DNA of 54,933 nucleotides from positions 1 to 54,933 of the IMG/VR virus record IMGVR_UViG_3300011440_000025; one strand, written 5' to 3'. The translations under genes and the position numbers were made by a program. Positions within the stretch are counted from its first letter, which is position 1. Every line of letters starts with the position of its first letter. The DNA comes from a virus. Its lineage: Duplodnaviria > Caudoviricetes. Below, one piece after another: positions 17,232 to 25,954 of the stretch. A model generated the notes under the pieces. That model did not search any database, was not told the DNA's origin, and saw only the letters and a program-made list of their open reading frames with translations.

Positions 17232-17788
17232 ATTTATTTTTTGATATAGAGACCACCGGATTGTTTGCTAAGCATCACAAGTGGGACAAGAATTATAACG
17301 AGTATCCATACATATTATCTATGGCCTGGAGGTTCCGGAACAAATCACATTACTACCATATCTACCAAGAAGGTAGGGAAGTGCCGGCTGATGCAACAAA
17401 AGCGAATGGAATTACAACGGCTATGGCAAATAATAAAGATAAGACTAGGAAGTTTGGGGATGTGTTCCCTTTGTTTATGTCCGATGCATTAACGTGTATG
17501 AATATAATAGGACACAACATATATTTTGATACGAGTATCTTTAAGGCAAATGTATGTAGGGAATATGGAGTTAACTCGAATCAAATAAAACGGGCGGTTG
17601 TTGCATTAGATAAAGACAAACGCATCGATACTATGAGGGCAACCATAAAATTATTTAATAAGTGGCCATCTCTTGTAGCACTGCATTATTATTTATTTGA
17701 AGAATCGTTCCAGGCACATGATGCTCTCGAAGATGCGATGGCTACAGAGAGGTGTTACTACGAACTTGTTAGACGCAAAATAATATGA
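17228..17788 (+). CDS. DnaQ-like DEDDh 3'-5' exonuclease
   Basis: FFDIETTG, GHNIYFD, IDTM, AHDALED. Confidence 0.9.
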   Translation: MNLFFDIETTGLFAKHHKWDKNYNEYPYILSMAWRFRNKSHYYHIYQEGREVPADATKANGITTAMANNKDKTRKFGDVFPLFMSDALTCMNIIGHNIYFDTSIFKANVCREYGVNSNQIKRAVVALDKDKRIDTMRATIKLFNKWPSLVALHYYLFEESFQAHDALEDAMATERCYYELVRRKII

Positions 17789-18024
17789 TACAATTAACAC
17801 ATAGACTACTACGGTATACATTAATTCTACTACAGTATGAGGTAGATGGCAAACAAGAGTATAGATGTAATTTATTAAATCCACTAACATGGATTGCCCT
17901 TGTATTTTTTGGCGTGTACTCTGGGGTTGCAGCCGTCTTACAAGTTCTAAAAGATAGCTTGGAAGGAGAGAGGGTTGCGGCTGGGCTATTTCGAGAGAGA
18001 GCAAAAACGCCTAAAACACCCTAG
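17785..18024 (+). CDS. Small membrane protein
   Basis: One hydrophobic segment (NPLTWIALVFFGVYSGVAAV). Confidence 0.6.
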   Translation: MIQLTHRLLRYTLILLQYEVDGKQEYRCNLLNPLTWIALVFFGVYSGVAAVLQVLKDSLEGERVAAGLFRERAKTPKTP

Positions 18025-18088
18025 AAAAAGTCATTTTTTTATTTCGCACTTTCTTCTTAAATAGCACATAGTTGCTAGAGGAGTAATT

Positions 18089-18128
18089 TTTGGGGACGCT
18101 GTAAGCCAAAGGTACAGTAGTCCCCAAA
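18089..18128. other. Hairpin upstream of the portal gene
   Basis: tttggggac/gtccccaaa outer stem with ctgta/tacag inner stem. Confidence 0.55.
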
Positions 18129-18161
18129 CTTTTGTAATACAAAATTATATTTTTTGCATAG

Positions 18162-19811
18162 ATGGGAAATGCAATAACGCTGTTCAATAGTAGGAGCAAA
18201 GGAGTACAAGCAAATCCGGAAACAGGATTGTGGCCTGAAGCTACCTTCGGTGCAAGACGTGGAACGTTTTCACCTGCAATGAATTTCTTGGTATTTAATA
18301 AGTCTGCTCAATGGCAGAACCTTCGTGGGATGGCGGCATTGTTTGAATGTTTCCATTCTAATCCCATACTCTATTCCGTTATAATGATTAAAGCAAGAGA
18401 GTATGCTAATGCAAAAATATGTGTAGTAGATCGTAAGACAGGTGCGGTTGAAGATCCACTTAAGACACGGCCACGTGAAATCCCTGATCTCCTATACAAA
18501 TTATTTAATCGACCTAACGTATTACAATCTAAGTGGGAATTCCTGCAACAAGGAAAGATAATGGAAGAGGTCGCTGGTAACGCTTTTATATATGGCAACA
18601 GCGCGTCAGGAAAAATAGATGCAAAGAATCTCGCAGCCTTGTGGAACGTATGGCCACAGTGCATGGAATACAAATTATCCGGAAATTATTTTGAAGCTAC
18701 GAGAGTCGAAGATGTTATTGCTGGATGGAAATTCAAAGCAGGAGATTATGAGAAAGCATGGCAGCCTCATGAGATCATGCATAAAAATAAACCAAATACA
18801 GAAATTTACGATGGACTAATTTTTGGTAGGAGTCCAGCGCAGTCCTTGGTTCGGCCATTATCAAACATCGCTTTAGCGTATGAGTCTCGAAATGTGGTAA
18901 TGGCCAACCAAGGAATGTCCGCTATTATATCGGCACAACTTGATAAGGATGGACTATTGCCTTTACTACCTGACGAAGATGATCCAACTGCAAAGGCTCT
19001 TAAGAATTTCGGTAACCTCCACGGACAGAACAGAATGTGGGTCAGTCCCTATCCTGTTAATGTAACTCCTATGAATCAGAACGTTCAGGCGTTAGGATTA
19101 TTCGAAGAGATAAGAGATGATGCAGCTGTAGTCGCTAACGCATATGGCATACCAAAAATATTATTGGAGTTAGCGATTAAAGGAGCCACGTATGAAAATC
19201 AAGAAGCAAGTGTACGTAGGCTATATCAAGGCACTCTCATACCTGAAGCTGAAGATTATTTTATTGCGCTTAACTATTTCCTTAACCTTCATGATACACC
19301 GTGGGTGGTCATCCCGTCATTTGCTCATGTGGCTTGCTTACAAGAGAGCGAAGAACAAAAGGAAGGCACTCGTAAGACACGCGCTGAAAGAATGATGGCA
19401 GAGATTAGTGCACAAGTAAGAACACGTGACGAGTATAGAGCAGATATGGGAATGGAGCCGTTGCCTAAAGTAGAACCTGAAGGTGGAAAACCTGAGGGGC
19501 AAGACACGGCTACCTTACAAGCGCAAGCTCAACTAAGAGGAAGCGTTGGTGGAGTACAGGGCATACTAGGAATACAATCTAGTGTAGCAGCTGGAACAAC
19601 ATCATATGATGCCGCACTTAGTATGTTGGTAATAGTATATGGATTTAACGAACAGGACGCAAAGTCTTTACTCGGCACACCAGAACCTATCGAAGTAGTA
19701 TCAACATCACAGCCAGCTATAGGTACAGGAGAGGAAGTAGATGCTGACGAGACGGACGAACCTATGGAAGCAGAAGAAGATATAACCGAAACGGAAACAG
19801 AAAACAACTAA
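18162..19811 (+). CDS. Portal protein (HK97-like)
   Basis: Position; NRPN..QS..EF, GNAFIY, GRSP, ANAYGIP, ATYEN motifs; TRDEYR. Confidence 0.9.
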   Translation: MGNAITLFNSRSKGVQANPETGLWPEATFGARRGTFSPAMNFLVFNKSAQWQNLRGMAALFECFHSNPILYSVIMIKAREYANAKICVVDRKTGAVEDPLKTRPREIPDLLYKLFNRPNVLQSKWEFLQQGKIMEEVAGNAFIYGNSASGKIDAKNLAALWNVWPQCMEYKLSGNYFEATRVEDVIAGWKFKAGDYEKAWQPHEIMHKNKPNTEIYDGLIFGRSPAQSLVRPLSNIALAYESRNVVMANQGMSAIISAQLDKDGLLPLLPDEDDPTAKALKNFGNLHGQNRMWVSPYPVNVTPMNQNVQALGLFEEIRDDAAVVANAYGIPKILLELAIKGATYENQEASVRRLYQGTLIPEAEDYFIALNYFLNLHDTPWVVIPSFAHVACLQESEEQKEGTRKTRAERMMAEISAQVRTRDEYRADMGMEPLPKVEPEGGKPEGQDTATLQAQAQLRGSVGGVQGILGIQSSVAAGTTSYDAALSMLVIVYGFNEQDAKSLLGTPEPIEVVSTSQPAIGTGEEVDADETDEPMEAEEDITETETENN

Positions 19812-19812
19812 C

Positions 19813-19998
19813 ATGGAGAAAGATGGTTTAACATACGAAGAAAGACAAGCCATGCGAAATGGTGAATTAACGCCTGAACAGTATAAGGCACTTCGTGATA
19901 AGAAACGAGAACAGGTGCGTAAGCAACACGAGCAAGCATTAATAAGTGGTAAGCTAGTATACAAAGATGGCGATAACAATAATACTACTAAGCGTTAG
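19813..19998 (+). CDS. Hypothetical protein
   Basis: 61 aa between portal and protease. Confidence 0.55.
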   Translation: MEKDGLTYEERQAMRNGELTPEQYKALRDKKREQVRKQHEQALISGKLVYKDGDNNNTTKR

Positions 19999-20060
19999 TG
20001 CTGCAACAATTGGAACTATGTTATGGCTAGTACATTGGCAGCCCACTAAAGATAATAAAG

Positions 20061-20936
20061 ATGAAACTACAAAGCATACCAAAGTTCAGGACAAAGAATG
20101 AACTACACAAATTCATTAAGGATAACCAGGACACCTTAATGGCAGAGAAGAGAATGCAAACAAAATTTGCAGACTCGTTTTGTTATAGTCCCTCTATACA
20201 AGCAGAAGCTGTAGCACAAACATCCGAAATGTTTAAGGCTATAAGTAACGGTGAGCCCATCTCTACTAAAGGACAACTCAAAACCTTAGTAGTAATTAAC
20301 TCCACTAATATCATAGACTCCTATCTTGATATGCACGTGCCATCTCTATGGAAGAAAAGTTTGATGGAGAACAAGAATATAAAATTCCTACAAGAGCATG
20401 ATATGAAATTCGATAAGATCATTGCTGATAAGGGTGATCTAAAAGCGATGGCAAAGTCTATGAGATGGAGTGAGCTGGGTCTCCCATATAAAGGAGTAAC
20501 AGAAGCACTTGTCTTTGAAGCGCTTGTAAAACAAGAAAGAAATCCTTATATGTACGAGCAGTATAGTAAAGGTAATGTGGATCAGCATAGCGTGGGTATG
20601 CAATACGTTACTATGGTACAGTGTATTGATAATGAAGATAAATACTTTAAAGAGGAAAAAGAAAATTGGGACGCATACATATCCCTTGCTGTGAATCCGG
20701 AAGCAGCAGAAGAGTATGGATTTTTTTATGCAGTAACCCAAGCAAAGGTTATTGAGGGCAGCGCTGTTGTATTAGGTGCCAACAATGCTACGCCTACGTT
20801 GTTAGTAGATGAGATGGAACCAGCCAAGTCTATTCCAGTTAGCACGCAGGAGCCGAAGAAACTCACTCCAATAATTGATTACGATTACCTAATGGGTCAC
20901 ATTAACTTATTTAAAACTAAAACATTTTACGAATGA
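20061..20936 (+). CDS. Prohead maturation protease (HK97-type)
   Basis: LQEH, HSVGMQY, EGSAVVLGAN..TPT; position before the capsid gene. Confidence 0.8.
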   Translation: MKLQSIPKFRTKNELHKFIKDNQDTLMAEKRMQTKFADSFCYSPSIQAEAVAQTSEMFKAISNGEPISTKGQLKTLVVINSTNIIDSYLDMHVPSLWKKSLMENKNIKFLQEHDMKFDKIIADKGDLKAMAKSMRWSELGLPYKGVTEALVFEALVKQERNPYMYEQYSKGNVDQHSVGMQYVTMVQCIDNEDKYFKEEKENWDAYISLAVNPEAAEEYGFFYAVTQAKVIEGSAVVLGANNATPTLLVDEMEPAKSIPVSTQEPKKLTPIIDYDYLMGHINLFKTKTFYE

Positions 20937-22495
20937 AACTTAAAATTGGATTGCGTTTATTTCTCGCCAGCGTGTTCTTTATACTGGGCATGCTGTCTGG
21001 TAACTGGATTGCCGGTGCGATAGGAGTTGTACTCTGTGGTATGTTCTTGCCTACATGGAAGTTCACACCCGGATACTTGAACAGTGGTACCATGAGTGCT
21101 GAAGACGAGCTTAAGCAAATGAAATTGCTTGAGAAGATGAGCGAACAGACAGTTGCTCTTCTTAACAAAGCAACACAAGGTCACATTAAGAAAGAAGATT
21201 TCGACACTGAGATCAAAAAACTCAATGATTCTTACAAGAAGCTAAGTGATGATTCTATTACTGAACTTAAGAAAAGAGTAGATGAGTATGCTAAAGGAAA
21301 TCAAGATGCTATCGATGCAGCTACTAAAGCACAAGAAGAAGTTAAGGAACTGAAACTTGATCTTAAGAAGTTTCAAGAGAAAGCAATTGATCCGTCTAAT
21401 AAAGATAAGGTTACAAGTTTCAGACAAGCACTTAAGGATGCCTTCAATGAAATGAATACTAAGACAGGCGGAGCAGTTATCAAGACTATTAAAGATAGTA
21501 ATGGTGAGCGTCTCTCTATGTCCGAGTATTTTCAGAACGGTGGTAAGCAAGCAGTTACCCCAGTAATGCAGATCAAAACTCTAGTCGATATGCTGGAGTC
21601 CTCTATCGTTCAGAATCAAGTACAGCTTGTTCGTCTTACTGAGCTTGATCCTAATAGAGTTGGTTTCCCTCTGAATCCATACCAACACGCTGTAGCTATT
21701 TTCCCTATTAAGAATATGGCCAAGCCTGCCATGTCAATTCTCGTTGCTTACGAATACGAAAACGGAGCAGGGGCAAAGACGGAAGGTAGTGCGCCTAGCA
21801 AGTCAAGCTTCAAGTTGAAGACGGTAGAATTCAAAGCTTGCGTTATTGCAACTTACTTCACGCTGTCCGAAGAAACGCTTGACGATCTTGAAGAAGTTAT
21901 GGACGAGATTGCAATCATCGCACCTGATAAGATATTGGATAACTTTGACGACAAGGTTTTCCGTACTACTGGAGCAGATGATAGCACTGATATTCTTGGT
22001 CTATTCTCTTCAAGTAAATCAACGGCGTTTGCTTTCAACACTTATATTGGAGAGTTCGAACTTGGTAACTTGATCGACCTTATCCAAACAATGAAGTTGC
22101 AAGCAGAAGGTAATGGATACCGACCTGATATGGTAGGCTTGCATCCACGTGACCTTAACAAACTTGCTGCCGAAAAGAATACACTCTCTGACGACTTGAA
22201 TACTCGTCGGGTATTCTATGATAATCTTGGCCAGCCTACTTTCGTATGTGGTCTTAAGATCGTGTTGAATGCAGAGATCGCTGCGAACACTTGCTTCGTT
22301 GCTGACTCTCGTATGGTTTGGATTGGTCGTAGGAAGGATATGCAGTTGACTATCGGTTATAACGGTACTGACTTTACAGAAGGACAGCGCACGGTTATGA
22401 TTTCGATTCGTCTTGCGTTTGGTGTAAGAGATCCACTAGCGGTTATTTATTCTGCTAGTAATACTCAGAACATCGCTTGGATTACACATTCTTAA
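20933..22495 (+). CDS. Major capsid protein (HK97 fold) with delta-domain coiled coil and hydrophobic N-terminal extension
   Basis: EGSAPSKS, ATYFTLSEETLDD, LHPRD, GxNGTDFTEGQRT...R.AFGV.DP.A. Confidence 0.88.
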   Translation: MKLKIGLRLFLASVFFILGMLSGNWIAGAIGVVLCGMFLPTWKFTPGYLNSGTMSAEDELKQMKLLEKMSEQTVALLNKATQGHIKKEDFDTEIKKLNDSYKKLSDDSITELKKRVDEYAKGNQDAIDAATKAQEEVKELKLDLKKFQEKAIDPSNKDKVTSFRQALKDAFNEMNTKTGGAVIKTIKDSNGERLSMSEYFQNGGKQAVTPVMQIKTLVDMLESSIVQNQVQLVRLTELDPNRVGFPLNPYQHAVAIFPIKNMAKPAMSILVAYEYENGAGAKTEGSAPSKSSFKLKTVEFKACVIATYFTLSEETLDDLEEVMDEIAIIAPDKILDNFDDKVFRTTGADDSTDILGLFSSSKSTAFAFNTYIGEFELGNLIDLIQTMKLQAEGNGYRPDMVGLHPRDLNKLAAEKNTLSDDLNTRRVFYDNLGQPTFVCGLKIVLNAEIAANTCFVADSRMVWIGRRKDMQLTIGYNGTDFTEGQRTVMISIRLAFGVRDPLAVIYSASNTQNIAWITHS

Positions 22496-22514
22496 TTCCT
22501 AACGGATAAAGGAC

Positions 22515-22721
22515 ATGGCTAAACTAATTTTATATGGTGGTCTGCCGTTTCTTAAAACGATCGTTGCTCTTTATGGAAAGAAGATGCAAAAGATTGAGTT
22601 GACGAACGAAGACTATCAACAACCAGTAGCTGAAGTAGCAGTAGAAGAGCAACCTCAAGGAGAGATTGAAGTTACTACTGAAGCAGAGGCAGAAGTGAAA
22701 CCTAAGAAGAAAAAGAAATGA
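22515..22721 (+). CDS. Small acidic/Lys-tailed head-region protein
   Basis: Typical small ORF after the capsid gene. Confidence 0.6.
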   Translation: MAKLILYGGLPFLKTIVALYGKKMQKIELTNEDYQQPVAEVAVEEQPQGEIEVTTEAEAEVKPKKKKK

Positions 22722-23239
22722 ACTTCGTAACCGTCTCTGACTTTGATAAGATTCCATATAATCTTCCAAACGGTGATACACAAAACACCGACTTTGAAGA
22801 TTTTATGGGAGTAATGGAACAAGAGGTGTTAAGGAAACATCTTGGGCATCTATTATATGACGATCTAATCGCAAATGGATTGGTCGCTCCAGCGCAGAGA
22901 CTTGCGAGTTTAATTAACGGTGCGTATTACGAGTACAGCGATATCACGTATAAGTGGGTAGGGTTAAACAAAATGTTGATACCATATCTATACGTCGTGA
23001 GAACCAATGCTACTCTTGATAGTCACACAGGCACGGGTATAAATGTACCTAGCGTTGAGAATGCAGATAAGATCAGTTTCAGACAGAGGGCATCAAGAGC
23101 GTGGAATGTATTCGCTGATGCTTACGGAGTTTGTAAGAGCCATCGTAATTCGTTATATGGTTTTATACAAGCTAATCTGATCGACTATTCTGAGTTCGTC
23201 TATCGTGATCCTAAACACATGAATCCTTATGGGCTATAG
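22718..23239 (+). CDS. Putative head-tail adaptor
   Basis: Position; size; LG..LY..L and W.GL..ML..Y.Y patterns. Confidence 0.6.
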   Translation: MNFVTVSDFDKIPYNLPNGDTQNTDFEDFMGVMEQEVLRKHLGHLLYDDLIANGLVAPAQRLASLINGAYYEYSDITYKWVGLNKMLIPYLYVVRTNATLDSHTGTGINVPSVENADKISFRQRASRAWNVFADAYGVCKSHRNSLYGFIQANLIDYSEFVYRDPKHMNPYGL

Positions 23240-23783
23240 GTATATCACGGATGACATAGAGACAGTAGTTATAAAGATGAACTACTACATTAAGAAGATG
23301 CAAGACAAGAAACAGAACGTTCCTTGTAGTGAAGTTTATTTTTTATGTGGTACGGCATCGGAGATTAATGTTCAACTCTTAGATAAGAGCGCAGACTCAA
23401 CGCATAAGTATAGGAAGTATCCGCTTGTTATGCTCAGAACTCCGTCACCAGATTCTATATTGACTGGTATGGTAGATGACTCATTGAATATTGCTATAGT
23501 AAATCAAGCAACAAAGCCTGGATTAAAAACCCATGAGAGAATGGAGCTGGTATTCAAGCCAATTCTTTTTCCTCTCTATGATTTATTTGCTAGGGCAATA
23601 CGCAATGTTGGAATCTTTACTTGGGAAGGAGAGCGTGACAGCTTGCCAGGACAACGCATCATTATTCCTTGTTACGGTAATAGCTTGGAAGGTAGTGCAC
23701 AAAATAAGTTTAGCGATCCATTAGATGCTATTGAGTTAGTAGATTTAAAACTTAATCAAACAATTAATAACTGCATAATATAA
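23229..23783 (+). CDS. Putative tail completion/terminator protein
   Basis: Position; KYPLV...R...VFKPILFPLY. Confidence 0.5.
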   Translation: MGYRYITDDIETVVIKMNYYIKKMQDKKQNVPCSEVYFLCGTASEINVQLLDKSADSTHKYRKYPLVMLRTPSPDSILTGMVDDSLNIAIVNQATKPGLKTHERMELVFKPILFPLYDLFARAIRNVGIFTWEGERDSLPGQRIIIPCYGNSLEGSAQNKFSDPLDAIELVDLKLNQTINNCII

Positions 23784-23784
23784 A

Positions 23785-24672
23785 ATGTCATTAAACACTT
23801 GCACAACATTAATTAAAAAGAACATGGGTATTAGCCGGTGCAATAAATTGCCTGGCAAGATCGTAAGTATGATCACTACTCCTGAGTCTTTTGAAATCGA
23901 TGCCGATACGCTAGTTGACCAAGAACTTTTGTTTGCCGCATTGAATGAGGCAATACTTGAGGGGCAGGCAACTCGTATTTACAAATGGCCTGATTTCGTG
24001 AACATGGAGCAGATAAACAAAGAGGCAGCGTATGAAGATACTGCCTATTCGTATTTGCCCATAGATGATGGACAGTACAGATGGAGACCAAGTATTCGTG
24101 AGAATCTTTGTATCCACCGTGCTATGTATACCCATCGTGCGAACAGTGGTAGGATAATCGCAATCGATCATCTTAACCAACTCTTCTTGACTGAAAAGTC
24201 AAACGGAGCAGCGGCCGGATTCAGAATACAAACTTTGAATACGGAGAAACTTTTATTGAACGATGGATCTGTATCCACTAAGTCACCAATCGTTATTGCT
24301 CTTAAGAACAATCTTGAGATTGATAAGACGGGATTGTTAGCGACACTAGATTCTGTAGGTGAACTCTATAGGATTGTGGACGTAGCTATCGAAGTAGTGA
24401 CCGTACTGGCGCAACAGATCGTAGTCATTGTAACAGCAGAATGTGATGGGACAGGTATTGAAGGTTTGGCCCACGCTGACTTTATCCTTAAGGATGCAGC
24501 CGGTGCGGTTCAAACTATTAATGGTTTCTCAGAACAAGGAGATGGACAATATACTCTAGCGAAAACATCTGGCTCTTGGGTCGATGGTACGTTGGAGTTG
24601 AAGCCACCATCCACGCTCTCGTTAACTCCATACGAGTTACCTGAGCCTGTTGATATTGATATACCATCTTAA
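23785..24672 (+). CDS. Putative major tail protein with C-terminal Ig-like domain
   Basis: Position, size, followed by a terminator-like structure. Confidence 0.65.
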   Translation: MSLNTCTTLIKKNMGISRCNKLPGKIVSMITTPESFEIDADTLVDQELLFAALNEAILEGQATRIYKWPDFVNMEQINKEAAYEDTAYSYLPIDDGQYRWRPSIRENLCIHRAMYTHRANSGRIIAIDHLNQLFLTEKSNGAAAGFRIQTLNTEKLLLNDGSVSTKSPIVIALKNNLEIDKTGLLATLDSVGELYRIVDVAIEVVTVLAQQIVVIVTAECDGTGIEGLAHADFILKDAAGAVQTINGFSEQGDGQYTLAKTSGSWVDGTLELKPPSTLSLTPYELPEPVDIDIPS

Positions 24673-24683
24673 ACCTGTAAATT

Positions 24684-24750
24684 AAAAAGGCAGCCGAACA
24701 ACAACTTGTTTCTTGGGTAGTGGTTGGGTTGTATAGTACGCTGCTTTTTT
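24684..24750 (+). terminator. Terminator-like structure
   Basis: aaaaaggcagc ... gctgctttttt arms enclosing about 45 nt. Confidence 0.45.
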
Positions 24751-24760
24751 ATTTTCTATT

Positions 24761-25198
24761 ATGACGTATATTGAAAAAATACAGAACGGTGCTTCGATAA
24801 CGTTGCATCAAATAAATGAAGAGGTGCTTGCTGCAGTTGACGAGAGGGAACCACATATTGTATTACTAAACTTAAAGCAAGTTAATAAGGGAAAAAGATC
24901 AGACGGTAAGGATATTCTACCAAAGTATACACCTGCTACAGTAGCTATTAAAAAGAAAAAGGGACAACCCACAGACAGAGTTACTTTATATGATACAGGA
25001 AGTTTCTACGCAGGATGGCTCATACACTCAGAAGAGTTCCCGATACTCTTTAACAGCGCTGATCCAAAGACTGGTGATCTCGTTAAGAAATATGGGGCAG
25101 CTATCTTTGGACTTGATCGTGAGAGTCAACGAACACTTAATCAAACCTTTCTTAAGGCTGATATACAAAGACGCATCCGCGGTCTATTATACATATAG
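24761..25198 (+). CDS. Virion morphogenesis (neck/tail completion-like) protein
   Basis: Y.P.T...K...GQP.DRVTL.DTG.F motif. Confidence 0.6.
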   Translation: MTYIEKIQNGASITLHQINEEVLAAVDEREPHIVLLNLKQVNKGKRSDGKDILPKYTPATVAIKKKKGQPTDRVTLYDTGSFYAGWLIHSEEFPILFNSADPKTGDLVKKYGAAIFGLDRESQRTLNQTFLKADIQRRIRGLLYI

Positions 25199-25751
25199 CG
25201 ATATAACACTCAAGTTATATATTACTATCTCTGAAACAAATAACTATCTACAGATATGTAAATCTGGTAAGAGCAATTATGATAATTGTCTCGAAGCGTG
25301 GGAAACCATAGTCAAAGAAAACTCTGAGGCAAATGGTGACTACGAATACATGAACTATTTTAATCTCATTAAATCACATAGGAGATTAGTAATAGAACAA
25401 AGTCTAATAACGGCAGCGTTGATTAAATTGCATTTCGCTGTCGATCGTGAACTCGTTTCGTTTGTGAATAAGCGTGGATATAAAATTAGTTTAGTGAATA
25501 CGGCAGAATATGCTGAGAGTCTTGAAGGAGCAATAAGGAAGTTAAAGAATCTCAAGGCTAGGATTACTATGAAGGAGAATGAAATTATAGAATTTCAGAA
25601 GGTTCATAAGAAAGAAGCTGGGACATTCCAGAAGATGATCGCACAACTTACCTACTATAGTAAGGTTGCGATAGCGGATAATATTACTCTTGCTATGTAT
25701 AATGAAATGATGAAGCTAGTTAGGGAACAGTATCAACCTAAAGAAGCATGA
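25092..25751 (+). CDS. Putative tail assembly chaperone (start uncertain)
   Basis: Position before the tape measure; nearest ATG lies inside the upstream gene. Confidence 0.5.
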   Translation: MGQLSLDLIVRVNEHLIKPFLRLIYKDASAVYYTYSDITLKLYITISETNNYLQICKSGKSNYDNCLEAWETIVKENSEANGDYEYMNYFNLIKSHRRLVIEQSLITAALIKLHFAVDRELVSFVNKRGYKISLVNTAEYAESLEGAIRKLKNLKARITMKENEIIEFQKVHKKEAGTFQKMIAQLTYYSKVAIADNITLAMYNEMMKLVREQYQPKEA

Positions 25752-25954
25752 AGAATAAAAAGAAAAAGCTGAGTAAAGAAGAAACGATGCGTGGTAAGTT
25801 ACATAACTTTTACGATGTTCATCGTGAGATACCTATTGAAGAACAAGACCCTACTGGAATACATAGAGCATTTAGTAAATTTATGGGTGAGGCATACCAA
25901 AGAAAAATAGCAAAGGCAGCTAAGAATAAATTGAAAGAAGAGAATGGCAAGTGA
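25748..25954 (+). CDS. Hypothetical basic protein
   Basis: ATGA overlap; 68 aa. Confidence 0.55.
   Translation: MKNKKKKLSKEETMRGKLHNFYDVHREIPIEEQDPTGIHRAFSKFMGEAYQRKIAKAAKNKLKEENGK

Noticed and set aside
18131-18156. Bacteroidota promoter upstream of the portal gene
   Set aside because: Spacing is TA-N3-TTTG rather than TA-N2-TTTG, and it lies too close to the start codon to call
19967-20101. 44 aa single-TM ORF before the protease
   Set aside because: Overlaps both neighbours by more than 30 nt; not enough support
25700-25954. Classical -1 tail-chaperone frameshift
   Set aside because: No convincing slippery heptamer at the junction; the next ORF has its own coupled ATG
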